Source: a virus. Taken from it: a stretch of 64,000 nucleotides of DNA. The position numbers and the translations under genes were made by a program. Shown here one piece after another: positions 1 through 9,270 of this stretch. Below the pieces are notes generated by a model, which was not told where the DNA came from, ran no database searches, and was given only the letters and a program-made list of their open reading frames with translations. The stretch spans positions 32,001 to 96,000 of IMG/VR virus record IMGVR_UViG_3300025132_000021; one strand, written 5' to 3'. The number at the start of each line of letters is the position of its first letter. Within the stretch, counting starts at the first letter, position 1.

Positions 1-75
1 GGACCTACAATCTTTCAGAGGATTTCGTGATTGTGCGTAGCCTCGCACAAGACCAAAAATAGACCGCAGCAAAGC

Positions 76-85
76 ATTAAGTAGT
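76..85 (+). promoter_or_regulatory. TATA-type promoter (ATTAAGTAGT) of the RNR gene; first of 37 copies of the consensus box
   Basis: Matches the window-wide consensus (C)TTTAAGTA(GT/TC); GGAGGA RBS at 111-116 precedes ATG 123. Confidence 0.75.
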
Positions 86-122
86 AGAGTTAATCATGCA
101 ATAAATTGTTGGAGGAATCATT

Positions 123-2153
123 ATGACAAATACAAACACAGATACAAATAGATTTACACTTTCAGATAATTTCGTAACTAAATACAAGAGGAAAAAAGCA
201 CCTTTTGGATTCAACGGATTAGGAGAGTTAGTTTATCATAGAACCTATTCTCGTATGAAGCCAGATGGTAAAAACGAACAATGGTGGGAAACAGTTCAAC
301 GAGTTGTAGAAGGCACATTCAATATGCAAAAGCGACACATTGATGCACATGGTTTGGGTTGGAATGCTTGGAAAGCCCAACACTCGGCACAACAAATGTA
401 TGACCGTATCTTTAACATGAAGTTCCTTCCACCGGGTCGTGGACTATGGGCTATGGGAACACCAATCACTGAAGAAAAGAAACTTTTCGCAGCCCTGAAC
501 AACTGTGCTTTCGTATCTACTGAAAACTTCAAAGGTGAGTTCTCCTCGCCTTTTTGTTTCTTGATGGATGCTTCTATGCTGGGTGTTGGAGTAGGTTTTG
601 ATACCAAAGGTGCTGGCACTTTAATTCTCAAAGGTCCAAACGAACAACGCCGTAGTGAACTATATGAAATCCCTGACACTCGTGAAGGCTGGGTAGAGTC
701 CCTCCGACTATTGTTAGATTCCTATGCTCAAGGCACAGGAGAAATTGAGTTTGACTATTCAGCAATCCGTCCAATGGGAGTTCCTATTCGTGGATTCGGT
801 GGTGAATCATCAGGACCAGAACCCTTGATTGAACTGCACCAAACAGTTCGTTCTATTCTTCTTCACGAAATTGGCAAACCAATTTCACTCACTGCTATTG
901 TAGACATTATGAATCTAATTGGCAAGTGCGTAGTTGCTGGAAATGTGCGACGCACAGCAGAAATTGTCTTTGGAGAGCCAGATTCAGAAGAATACCTTGA
1001 CCTTAAGAATTATGAGGTCAATCCCCACCGAGCCGAATATGGTTGGACTTCTAACAACTCTATTTTCGCAGAGGTTGGAATGAATTATGAACCTGCTGCC
1101 GAGCGTGTTCGCTACAATGGTGAACCCGGTTTTGCATGGCTTCACAATATGAAAGCCTATGGCCGAATGGCAGATGCCCCAAATTGGAAAGACCGCCGAG
1201 CCACAGGTGGTAATCCTTGTTTGGAACAAACTTTAGAATCCTATGAACTTTGTTGTTTGGTAGAAACTTTCCCTAACAACCACGATTCAGTAGAAGATTA
1301 TTTGGAAACTTTGAAATATGCTTATCTTTATGCTAAGACCGTAACTTTGGGGCAAACCCATTGGCCTGAAACCAACCGAGTTATGCTTAGAAATCGTAGA
1401 ATTGGTTGTTCCATGTCAGGTATTGCCCAATTTGTTGCTAACAAAGGATTAGGAGAACTACAAGCATGGATGGATAAAGGCTATGCCCACATTCAAAAAC
1501 TTGATGAAAACTATTCTGATTGGATGGCTATTCCTCGTTCTATCAAAACTACTTCTATCAAACCATCAGGAACAGTTTCTCTTTTGGCAGGTGCTACACC
1601 GGGTATTCACTTCCCCGAATCCAGATACTACATTCGTCGTATGAGATTGGGCGTAGGTTCAAATCTCGTTCCAGCCCTTGAGAAAGCAGGATACAAACTT
1701 GAACCTGCTTTTGGTTCAGAAGAAACTACTTTGGTAGTTGAAATCCCTGTTGATGTAGGAGAAGGTGTTAAAACTCTTGATAATGTTTCTATGTGGGAAC
1801 AACTTGGTATGGCATCTTTGGCACAACGCTATTGGGCAGATAATCAAGTATCTTGCACCGTAACTTTTGACCCAGAATCAGAAGGCTCTCAAATTGCGGC
1901 GGCTCTTGACCAATTCCAATATCAACTCAAAGGTATTTCTTTCTTGCCCCGATTAGACTTGGGTGCATATCCACAAATGCCTTATGAATCTATTGATGAA
2001 TCTACTTACCATGAAATGAAAGCACAACTTGGAAAACTTTCTTTTGGTCGTATCAAGGGTGAAGAAATCGTCGTAGAGCGTTTCTGCGATAATGATGTTT
2101 GCGAAATTGATTTTAACCCCGTAGATAATGAAGAAGTTAATGCTCAACTATAA
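123..2153 (+). CDS. nrdJ: Class II (adenosylcobalamin-dependent) ribonucleotide reductase, monomeric RTPR-like
   Basis: YHRTYSR, PPGRGLW, ALNNC, GNVRRTAE, catalytic NPCLEQ, TSIKPSGTVS, C-terminal redox pair CDNDVC. Confidence 0.95.
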   Translation: MTNTNTDTNRFTLSDNFVTKYKRKKAPFGFNGLGELVYHRTYSRMKPDGKNEQWWETVQRVVEGTFNMQKRHIDAHGLGWNAWKAQHSAQQMYDRIFNMKFLPPGRGLWAMGTPITEEKKLFAALNNCAFVSTENFKGEFSSPFCFLMDASMLGVGVGFDTKGAGTLILKGPNEQRRSELYEIPDTREGWVESLRLLLDSYAQGTGEIEFDYSAIRPMGVPIRGFGGESSGPEPLIELHQTVRSILLHEIGKPISLTAIVDIMNLIGKCVVAGNVRRTAEIVFGEPDSEEYLDLKNYEVNPHRAEYGWTSNNSIFAEVGMNYEPAAERVRYNGEPGFAWLHNMKAYGRMADAPNWKDRRATGGNPCLEQTLESYELCCLVETFPNNHDSVEDYLETLKYAYLYAKTVTLGQTHWPETNRVMLRNRRIGCSMSGIAQFVANKGLGELQAWMDKGYAHIQKLDENYSDWMAIPRSIKTTSIKPSGTVSLLAGATPGIHFPESRYYIRRMRLGVGSNLVPALEKAGYKLEPAFGSEETTLVVEIPVDVGEGVKTLDNVSMWEQLGMASLAQRYWADNQVSCTVTFDPESEGSQIAAALDQFQYQLKGISFLPRLDLGAYPQMPYESIDESTYHEMKAQLGKLSFGRIKGEEIVVERFCDNDVCEIDFNPVDNEEVNAQL

Positions 2154-2159
2154 GTAGTT
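2149..2159 (+). promoter_or_regulatory. TATA-type promoter overlapping the RNR stop codon, driving the downstream small RNA
   Basis: TATAAGTAGTT; 31 nt downstream is the first G of the 2180-2261 stem-loop and no ORF starts there. Confidence 0.7.
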
Positions 2160-2179
2160 GAAGCATACTAATACTAATT

Positions 2180-2261
2180 GGAGCCAACATCAAACACTAA
2201 CCGTTCTCGCCTTCCTCACCAACGGTTCTTCCCTCACCTCTCTTGGTGTCTGGCTCCACCA
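2180..2261 (+). ncRNA. Putative 82-nt small RNA with tRNA-like acceptor stem, A-CCA 3' end and pyrimidine-rich loops
   Basis: Helices GGAGCCA/TGGCTCC, ACATCAA/TTGGTGT and AACCGTT/AACGGTT; ends in ACCA; own promoter; loops contain CCTCACC twice. Confidence 0.7.
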
Positions 2262-2322
2262 TCTATTCCAATAAGCCTAAGCCTTGCCAATCTTTAAGTA
2301 TCAGTTCTGCATTAGACTATTT

Positions 2323-3000
2323 ATGGTGCTTGAGTTTTATCCCATAGAGTTTGATGATGACTCGGTAGGATTCGTAGCAGTAGAGTCAGAGTTTGAACCT
2401 TGGTTAATTGCAGCCGTAGGTGTTGGTTTTGAAGATATGAGTTATTCTGTTCTTGAAGAAGACGATGATGGCTTAGTAGAATTGATTATTGACGGGGACG
2501 ATTTTGACAACCTTCAAGATTTGTATGCAGAATATCAAACCTATGGTTGGGCAGTTATTGATGACGATGATTATGCAGAATGGGCTGAAGCCTTTTCAGC
2601 CGAACAAATGAGTGATGAAGATTATCTCTTAATGATTATAGAGTTTGATGAGAAAAATCCACAACCTGCGAAACCTTATCATATAAAGTCAAGTCTTTAC
2701 GAAGATGGCACAGTCCCTTCAATGGCATTCTTTTTGGGTGGGAAAACGGTCAATCCAAAAGTAATGCTCAAAGCAATTAGAGAAGGCAGAGTTGCTCGCC
2801 TCAATCGTAATGCCGACACCAAAGGCTACTATCGTGGAATCAATCTTGACCGCTTTTCTGGTAATAAATCTAACCGCCGAAACTTTTCACAAACTCGTCG
2901 TAATCTTAAGAAAGATATGTTCGGTTCAGTATCCCTCGGCAGCATCCTCACAGGTGTTGCAGCCCTCGGAACAATTTTGTATCTGGTTAATAGGAAGTGA
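2323..3000 (+). CDS. Tail-anchored hypothetical protein (acidic N-half, basic C-half); start revised to ATG 2323
   Basis: TTTAAGTA at 2293 is 30 nt upstream; C-terminal LGSILTGVAALGTILYLVNRK. Confidence 0.8.
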   Translation: MVLEFYPIEFDDDSVGFVAVESEFEPWLIAAVGVGFEDMSYSVLEEDDDGLVELIIDGDDFDNLQDLYAEYQTYGWAVIDDDDYAEWAEAFSAEQMSDEDYLLMIIEFDEKNPQPAKPYHIKSSLYEDGTVPSMAFFLGGKTVNPKVMLKAIREGRVARLNRNADTKGYYRGINLDRFSGNKSNRRNFSQTRRNLKKDMFGSVSLGSILTGVAALGTILYLVNRK

Positions 3001-3004
3001 ATAA

Positions 3005-3142
3005 ATGCAACATTTGGAAATCTTACTGAACTCCGCCCATCAACGCACCTCACACATTAACTTTTTAATGAATCATACTTCTGAAAAATTAACTCATTTA
3101 CAATCTAAGGCACAAGCCTTGATTGCACACTTAACCCAGTAA
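3005..3142 (+). CDS. Small hypothetical protein (45 aa), not in ORF track
   Basis: MQHLEILLNS...LTQ* fills the gap between a stop codon and the next promoter. Confidence 0.45.
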   Translation: MQHLEILLNSAHQRTSHINFLMNHTSEKLTHLQSKAQALIAHLTQ

Positions 3143-3174
3143 GTTTTAAGTATCAATAGTGTTTATGTTATTAC

Positions 3175-3486
3175 ATGGACAAAGATTTAGAATCCTTTAC
3201 TAAGGATTTGATGTTGTTAATCAACGCTTTCATTACCGATACAGGAGAGATGAAAGAAGTCTTAGCCAGACTCACAGAACAAATGGATACTTTAGAAAAA
3301 GATGTTGGCTACATGAACAAAGTGGTTCGTGATGGCAACGGTCGTCCACCACTAATGACTCGGTTAGAAGTTTTAGAAGAAAAGATTAACACCCTCAAAG
3401 AAACCACTAATCGTTGGTGGCAAGTTTGGGTAGCCGCAGTTCCCGGTTTGTTAGCCTTGCTTACAACTGGTGCAGTGGTGATGTGA
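3175..3486 (+). CDS. Coiled-coil protein with C-terminal membrane anchor
   Basis: Heptad-like helix then WWQVWVAAVPGLLALLTTGAVVM; promoter at 3145. Confidence 0.8.
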   Translation: MDKDLESFTKDLMLLINAFITDTGEMKEVLARLTEQMDTLEKDVGYMNKVVRDGNGRPPLMTRLEVLEEKINTLKETTNRWWQVWVAAVPGLLALLTTGAVVM

Positions 3487-3487
3487 T

Positions 3488-3682
3488 GTGGAACCATGCC
3501 CTTGTGAGCGTGGATTTATCAAAGGACGCTTACGAGGTGTAGATTTACAAATCCTCCCCGCACCCCTCCTTGATTGTGCCGCCTGTGAAGGAAATTATGA
3601 TTTCAAATTAGTGATGTGCCGAGACCCATGGGAAGGCAACTATTGGTATGAATGGCGGCTAATTCCTGCGCCCGGGACTTGA
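3488..3682 (+). CDS. Small Cys-containing (possible zinc-binding) protein
   Basis: CPC...CAAC; fills the gap between neighbours. Confidence 0.55.
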   Translation: MEPCPCERGFIKGRLRGVDLQILPAPLLDCAACEGNYDFKLVMCRDPWEGNYWYEWRLIPAPGT

Positions 3683-3720
3683 AGACAAGTTTTAAGTATC
3701 AGAACAGTCAAGGATAGTAT

Positions 3721-4170
3721 ATGCCTTATTCCGACCCTGCTAAGAAAAAAGCCTATCAAGATGCTTACAATAAAAGATATTATGAAACTTACAAAGATGC
3801 GAAGAATCTGGTTGGCAAAGCCACTGATTCTAAATCACAACTACGCCAAAAGAAAAAACTTTGGTTAATTCATAAGTTAGGAAACAAATGTGAACTTTGT
3901 GGCATTCAAGAGCCAGAAGTATTACAAGTTAAAACCACCAATAAAACACCTGTGCAAAAGTGGAATAATAACTATTACAAATCTATTTATGATTATTCTT
4001 GGGACAATTTGGAAACTTTACATCATTCTCTTAAGATTACTTGTGATGTTTGCTTACAAAAGAACCTCAAATCTACTAAGAAAACTTTGCAGACATTGTT
4101 TGAAGAAACAGAAGACCTTCCCAGAGGTTATTCCCTTGATGAAGATTTAGAACCAGAGACTAATCTTTAA
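3721..4170 (+). CDS. Zinc-binding protein with degenerate HNH-like architecture
   Basis: Basic N-terminal helix, LGNKCELCG...ITCDVC; catalytic His not evident; promoter at 3691. Confidence 0.6.
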   Translation: MPYSDPAKKKAYQDAYNKRYYETYKDAKNLVGKATDSKSQLRQKKKLWLIHKLGNKCELCGIQEPEVLQVKTTNKTPVQKWNNNYYKSIYDYSWDNLETLHHSLKITCDVCLQKNLKSTKKTLQTLFEETEDLPRGYSLDEDLEPETNL

Positions 4171-4196
4171 GTATCAGAGCAAACTAAGTGATAATA

Positions 4197-5912
4197 ATGC
4201 CTGTCTTTTTGATTACTGGATATGATGGCGAGGATGCCATCTTTTACAGAGAAACTCCTCACCATAATGGAGTTGGGCCGTTGTTAAATCAAGCAATTCG
4301 TGAACTATCTCAACTCCCTAATTCAATGATTATTATTGAAAGTTTGCATGAAGATTCACCCGAAACTCAAATGGAAAAGCATATTCCTTTTGCAGATTAT
4401 GAAGAGTTTTATGTAGATGAGTGGGACGCAGAATCTACTAAAAAGTCAGGTAAAGTAATTACCATGTCTGGCAAACCACACAAACCTCGTAAGTTGAAGC
4501 AAGACCAAGGCATTAGCCCAGAAGAAGCAATTCAAAGAATAGCATTTCGTAGTGAAACAAGTGATTGGGTAATTGAAGAAGTTAGTATTTATGATTCTAC
4601 TTATGGCAGTAAGGCTGATGGTTCACTTTACAATCCAGATTCTAATGAACGCATAGAGTTTGAAGAAGCAGATGTTCGCATGGATTATTACATCCCACCA
4701 ATGGAAAACATTTATGTAGATTATGACGAAGACGAGGACGAAGACGAAGATGTTGAGGCGGTTGTAGAAGAATCCATGATGGAAGCCGAAGGATTCTATG
4801 ACGAGGATGGCATAGGTCCTAAGTTTATGGCGGAAGGAAAAAAGAACTGTGGCTGTGGTCAAGACCCATGTAAGACTTACGGTGCAGAAACTTTTGAAGC
4901 ACCCAAAACCATGACCAAAACTCAAGCCAAGAAGAAGTTTATTGCTTTGGCTCAACCCTACTGGATAAAAGCACTAACTAAATTGAAGGAAGGCTATATC
5001 CAAGAGAAAAAGGATGACGACAAACGGAGAGGCGGTGAATCTGAATACTTTGAACAGTATGATTATGATATTGAAGACACAAACACCTATCTCAAGATTG
5101 CTAAATCTCAATCCAAGATTATGAACATCATTGGTTGTGATGATGGAGATACAGTCCTTAGAGAAATGATTCCTGACGGATTTTACCACCTTATCAACTA
5201 TCCACGAGAAGATTATGATACTTGGGAAACCACAATGGCTTATTTTGAAGGACCCAAAACAATTAAAAAACAATTGAAAGCCTTGTTGCCTTTTATTGAG
5301 GGCAAAGTTACGGTCAAGCCAAAGTCAAAGGCTAAGAAACCTAAATACTATCTTCATTTTGGTGAGGGTTTTACTGCTGATAAATGTGTTTATACTGGTA
5401 AAAAGTATGCTATGAACACAATTCGTTCCGCCAAAGCATTAGCAAATCAGATGTGGAATCTCGGACCTATGCCCGGTATGAATCGTGGATATGCAGATTT
5501 TACCATCAACGGTGAACATTATGGCAATATAGTAACATGGGAAACAGAAATTATAGATGCCGACACGGGAGAAGTGGTGGATTATTGGACACCATCAAAA
5601 GAACAAAAAGCCGCATATAAAAAGAAGGCTAATGCTATCAAAAAGGCTGCTAAACCTGCGGCAAAGAAACCCAAGCCCAAGCCACGGGCAAAAGCCTCTG
5701 CTAAGAAATCTAAGGCTAAGGCTAAAGCCAAGACTGGCCGCAAAGCACCTACAATTTCAGCCACCAAGCGAAAGATTGGAACTCGGATGCGAGGCAACGA
5801 TGGTAAAATGTGGGAAGTCAAGAAATCTGGAAAATCACAACGATGGATGGCTGGTGCAGAAACTCAAGAGTTTCGTTCACCATTAGATGACTCTTTTGAT
5901 GAAATACTATGA
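4197..5912 (+). CDS. Modular cassette protein (acidic segments, CGCGQDPC motif, Lys/Ala-rich tract, GNDGKMW module); start revised to ATG 4197
   Basis: Promoter at 4166; segments separated by WDAE, MEAE, FMAE, YGAE, AGAE. Confidence 0.8.
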   Translation: MPVFLITGYDGEDAIFYRETPHHNGVGPLLNQAIRELSQLPNSMIIIESLHEDSPETQMEKHIPFADYEEFYVDEWDAESTKKSGKVITMSGKPHKPRKLKQDQGISPEEAIQRIAFRSETSDWVIEEVSIYDSTYGSKADGSLYNPDSNERIEFEEADVRMDYYIPPMENIYVDYDEDEDEDEDVEAVVEESMMEAEGFYDEDGIGPKFMAEGKKNCGCGQDPCKTYGAETFEAPKTMTKTQAKKKFIALAQPYWIKALTKLKEGYIQEKKDDDKRRGGESEYFEQYDYDIEDTNTYLKIAKSQSKIMNIIGCDDGDTVLREMIPDGFYHLINYPREDYDTWETTMAYFEGPKTIKKQLKALLPFIEGKVTVKPKSKAKKPKYYLHFGEGFTADKCVYTGKKYAMNTIRSAKALANQMWNLGPMPGMNRGYADFTINGEHYGNIVTWETEIIDADTGEVVDYWTPSKEQKAAYKKKANAIKKAAKPAAKKPKPKPRAKASAKKSKAKAKAKTGRKAPTISATKRKIGTRMRGNDGKMWEVKKSGKSQRWMAGAETQEFRSPLDDSFDEIL

Positions 5913-6010
5913 GGAATTATTATGCACCCAAATACAATAGAAGCAGTTCGCAAATACCTACGAAACAAAGCATTAGATGAAACATATTCTTATTTCGGAG
6001 TAGATTAACT

Positions 6011-6145
6011 ATGATTTATCATTGTTTGCATTGTAATCAACCTATAATGCCCGGAGAATCCTCCATTAGATTACATGGTTCATCACCAGTTCACTTGACT
6101 TGTCAAAACAATAATACCTTTACTGCACCATGGGAACATAGATAA
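6011..6145 (+). CDS. Small zinc-finger protein (44 aa), not in ORF track
   Basis: MIYHCLHCNQPI...VHLTC: CxxC...HxxC. Confidence 0.6.
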   Translation: MIYHCLHCNQPIMPGESSIRLHGSSPVHLTCQNNNTFTAPWEHR

Positions 6146-6176
6146 GTTTATATTGGTCATTACATATAGTATTACT

Positions 6177-6557
6177 ATGACTAATTTTTGGGAAGACTTT
6201 TTCCGAGACATGATGAACAATTCTACGAATCCATATTCAGGATATAATACCAGCCATTATAGTAATCATTATATTCCTCGTAATCAAAAGCAAGGTGGAA
6301 TTGGCCGTTTGGCAAAAACACTTAAAGAAATCAAAGAACTGGTTGAAGCCCTTTTGAACAATCAATTAGAAACCAGCCACATTGTAGAAGAAAAGTTAGC
6401 AATTGATGATAACAAGTTTGAACTTAATTTAGTTGTAGAGAAGGAGATTGCAGGCGAAACCCGCCGATTCAACATCAATGTAGAAGAAGTTTTTGTGGAA
6501 GAGTCAGACGATGAAGAAGAGTCTGATGAAGATACCACCAATTATTTTACTGAATGA
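6177..6557 (+). CDS. Hypothetical protein with acidic tail; start revised to ATG 6177
   Basis: TTTATATT box at 6147, 30 nt upstream. Confidence 0.75.
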   Translation: MTNFWEDFFRDMMNNSTNPYSGYNTSHYSNHYIPRNQKQGGIGRLAKTLKEIKELVEALLNNQLETSHIVEEKLAIDDNKFELNLVVEKEIAGETRRFNINVEEVFVEESDDEEESDEDTTNYFTE

Positions 6558-6652
6558 GCATCACGCCCCAAACTTTAAGTAGTTGATAAGACCTATTGTT
6601 TAGTAGAGGAAACAGTGGGTTTCCTATGAACGACAAATAAAAGGTAATTTTA

Positions 6653-8365
6653 ATGAACAAAGAAAATAAACTAAAGAAGACATTTTTAACGATTTTAACA
6701 GCAATTATGCTTGCTATGAGTGCAGGTGTAGTTACTGGTGAAGGTTCCGACCCTCTTGACCCATCAGACGGTGGCGCAGATTGGGATGGCGACGGTTTGA
6801 CTAACAAAGAAGAACAAGACGCTGGAACTAATATGAACAACCCAGATTCAGACGGTGATGGACTCCCAGATGGTTGGGAAGTTGCTAACGGCCTAAATCC
6901 AACTAACGGTGGCGATGCTAACGGCGACCCAGATGGAGATGGTCTAACCAACTCTCAAGAATATGCACAGGGAACTAACCCAAACAATGCCGATACTGAC
7001 GGCGATGGCAAACCTGATAACACAGATGCCTTCCCTAACGACCCTAACGATGGAGAATACTCCGACTCCGATGGAGATGGAATCCCAGACGCATACGACC
7101 CAGATTATCAAGAGTCCCAAGCGGGTTCTGGTAATGGAGGCACAGAAGGCGGTGGCGAGTCTGAAGACAATGGACAAGGCGAAGGCCAAGGTCAGGGTCA
7201 AGGACAGGGACAAGGACAAGGACAGGGGCAAGGCCAAGGCCAAGGTCAGGGTCAAGGTCAGGGTCAGGGTCAAGGACAGGGCCAAGGTCAAGGACAAGGA
7301 CAAGGGCAGGGCCAAGGACAAGGGCAAGGCCAAGGTCAAGGTCAAGGACAGGGACAGGGCCAAGGCCAAGGTCAGGGTCAAGGACAAGGCCAACAACAAG
7401 GTCAAGGTCAAAGTCAAGGACAAGGACAACAAGGACAACAAGGCCAGCAAGGAAACCAAGGACAACAAGGACAGGCTGGACAACAAGGCCAACAATCTGG
7501 ACAACAAGGTAACCAAGGTCAGCAAGGCCAACAAGGGCAACAAGGTCAGCAACAAGATAACGGGCAAGGCCAGCAACAACAAGGAGGTCAGCAAGGCGGT
7601 CAGCAATCTGAACAACAAGCAGAAGAACAGAACGGCCAAAACCAAAATGGTGCTAACCAACAACAGCAAGGTCAAACCCAGAATGGTCAGCAAGGCCAGC
7701 AAGGTCAGCAAAATGACCAGCAACAAGGCCAACAGTTGGATAATCAAGACCAAAATGGAGATAACGACAATGATGGCGACGGTATTCCTGATGACTTAGA
7801 CAATGATGATGATAACGATGGAATCCCAGATACTATGGATGATTCACCTCAAGACCATGATAACGACGGCATTGATGATGCTGAAGATAATGATGATGAC
7901 GGAGATGGAATCAACGATAATGAAGAAGTCAATGATGGCAACGACAACACAGATATTTATGACCACGACAATGACGGTATAGAAGACCGTTTTGACTTTG
8001 ACATTGATAATGACGGAATTGACAACTGGAATGACCTGTATGAAAACGGGTCAGATGCCAGCCGAGACCACGACAATGATGGTATGGACGATGGTGTAGA
8101 CACAGACGACGATAACGACAACATTCTTGATGTTGATGAAATCGGCGGTGCTTGGTCTTCCTATCGCTACGACCATGATAACGACAACATTTGGGATGCA
8201 ACAGACCTTGATGATGATAACGATGGTCTATCAGACTGGTTTGAGAACAATGATGGCAACGATATGACAGGTCAATTTGACCATGACAACGATGGCGTTA
8301 GTGATTACTTAGACCTTGACGATGATGGCGACGGTATTCTGGACGAGTTTGAAAACGGCGTTTGA
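6653..8365 (+). CDS. Secreted/surface acidic protein with thrombospondin type-3-like DxDxDG calcium-binding repeats and a Gly-Gln linker
   Basis: N-terminal hydrophobic signal, many DxDGDG and DHDNDG repeats on both sides of (GQ)n. Confidence 0.85.
   Translation: MNKENKLKKTFLTILTAIMLAMSAGVVTGEGSDPLDPSDGGADWDGDGLTNKEEQDAGTNMNNPDSDGDGLPDGWEVANGLNPTNGGDANGDPDGDGLTNSQEYAQGTNPNNADTDGDGKPDNTDAFPNDPNDGEYSDSDGDGIPDAYDPDYQESQAGSGNGGTEGGGESEDNGQGEGQGQGQGQGQGQGQGQGQGQGQGQGQGQGQGQGQGQGQGQGQGQGQGQGQGQGQGQGQGQGQGQGQGQGQQQGQGQSQGQGQQGQQGQQGNQGQQGQAGQQGQQSGQQGNQGQQGQQGQQGQQQDNGQGQQQQGGQQGGQQSEQQAEEQNGQNQNGANQQQQGQTQNGQQGQQGQQNDQQQGQQLDNQDQNGDNDNDGDGIPDDLDNDDDNDGIPDTMDDSPQDHDNDGIDDAEDNDDDGDGINDNEEVNDGNDNTDIYDHDNDGIEDRFDFDIDNDGIDNWNDLYENGSDASRDHDNDGMDDGVDTDDDNDNILDVDEIGGAWSSYRYDHDNDNIWDATDLDDDNDGLSDWFENNDGNDMTGQFDHDNDGVSDYLDLDDDGDGILDEFENGV
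7172..7735 (+). repeat. Coding low-complexity repeat: (GGN CAR)n Gly-Gln run followed by a G/Q-rich tract
   Basis: Over 30 consecutive GQ dipeptides with mixed synonymous codons. Confidence 0.95.
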
Positions 8366-8469
8366 AGTCTATAATTTAACTTGTTATGACGGACGAGATT
8401 TCATTACGAAATCTTCTCTTGAACTCGTTAAAGAGTAGTGTTAAATAGGTGAAACCACCTACACTAATT

Positions 8470-8703
8470 ATGAACCCCGCCAAACTTACACCCGTTCAAA
8501 TGCGTGTCCTTTGTAGCCGAAATGAGTTAGAAACATTTGTCAAGCGTAGACTTTCTACCTTAAACAAAAGAAGTGCTGATTCATGGAATAAGCGAAACCA
8601 AAAAGTTCAGCGTTCAGAAGTTAATTTTTCTAATATCAATAAAGAAACATTGGTGTTCATGGCTTCGGCTTTGAGCAAGTGTGAGCGTAAAGACAATCTT
8701 TAA
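8470..8703 (+). CDS. Small basic hypothetical protein; start revised to ATG 8470
   Basis: GTTAAATAGG box at 8440; stop codon lies inside the next promoter. Confidence 0.65.
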   Translation: MNPAKLTPVQMRVLCSRNELETFVKRRLSTLNKRSADSWNKRNQKVQRSEVNFSNINKETLVFMASALSKCERKDNL

Positions 8704-8728
8704 GTATCAAAGAATACCATTAAACTTC

Positions 8729-8935
8729 ATGCGTAGTCGTGAAGATGTCTATGGAATGCTTAGAGAAGCAGTAGATTTGCAGGAAACATGGCGTTATGCC
8801 TATGACCAAGCCAAAGCGCAAGGCAACAAGGAACAAATGAGGATTTGTGTTCGCAATCATAAAGCATTAGAAGGAGTTATCAAAACCCTTCGGTGGACAC
8901 TTGAATATGCAGGTATTAGTAGTCCCTTAATGTAA
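8729..8935 (+). CDS. Small helical protein, paralog of the next gene; start revised to ATG 8729
   Basis: RNHKALEGVIKTLRWTL; promoter at 8699. Confidence 0.8.
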   Translation: MRSREDVYGMLREAVDLQETWRYAYDQAKAQGNKEQMRICVRNHKALEGVIKTLRWTLEYAGISSPLM

Positions 8936-8975
8936 ATCTTTATTAAGGTGCTTCAACAAACGAGGGTTGAAAACT

Positions 8976-9227
8976 ATGGCTGAAATGAGCGACCATCAAG
9001 ATACGAACCATTTTACTTATGACCGTAATTGGGACGAAATTGAAAATATGTTAGATGCTGCCGAGCGCATGATGAACAAATGGGTTAATCGTTTTTACGA
9101 GGCTCAAGTCAAAGGCGACCGTAGAACTATGAAAGATTGCGCTCGTAATAAAAAAGCCTTAGAAGGTGTTATCAAAACACTCCGATGGACATTGGGCGAT
9201 AAGAACATAGAACATCCATTAAATTAA
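8976..9227 (+). CDS. Small helical protein, paralog of the previous gene
   Basis: RNKKALEGVIKTLRWTL. Confidence 0.8.
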   Translation: MAEMSDHQDTNHFTYDRNWDEIENMLDAAERMMNKWVNRFYEAQVKGDRRTMKDCARNKKALEGVIKTLRWTLGDKNIEHPLN

Positions 9228-9270
9228 ACTTAGCAAATCTTTAAGTATCAGAACCGCCAAAGTCCTTATC

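Noticed and set aside
2180-2261. Degenerate tRNA or simple terminator
   Set aside because: No D/T/anticodon arms and no U-tract; own promoter and ACCA end favour a distinct RNA
3721-4170. Active HNH homing endonuclease or mobile element
   Set aside because: Zinc ligands present but catalytic His/Asn residues are not
6944-7799. Long Leu/Ser/Thr-rich (minus) and Lys/Val/Asp-rich (plus) ORFs
   Set aside because: Shadow frames of the Gly-Gln repeat
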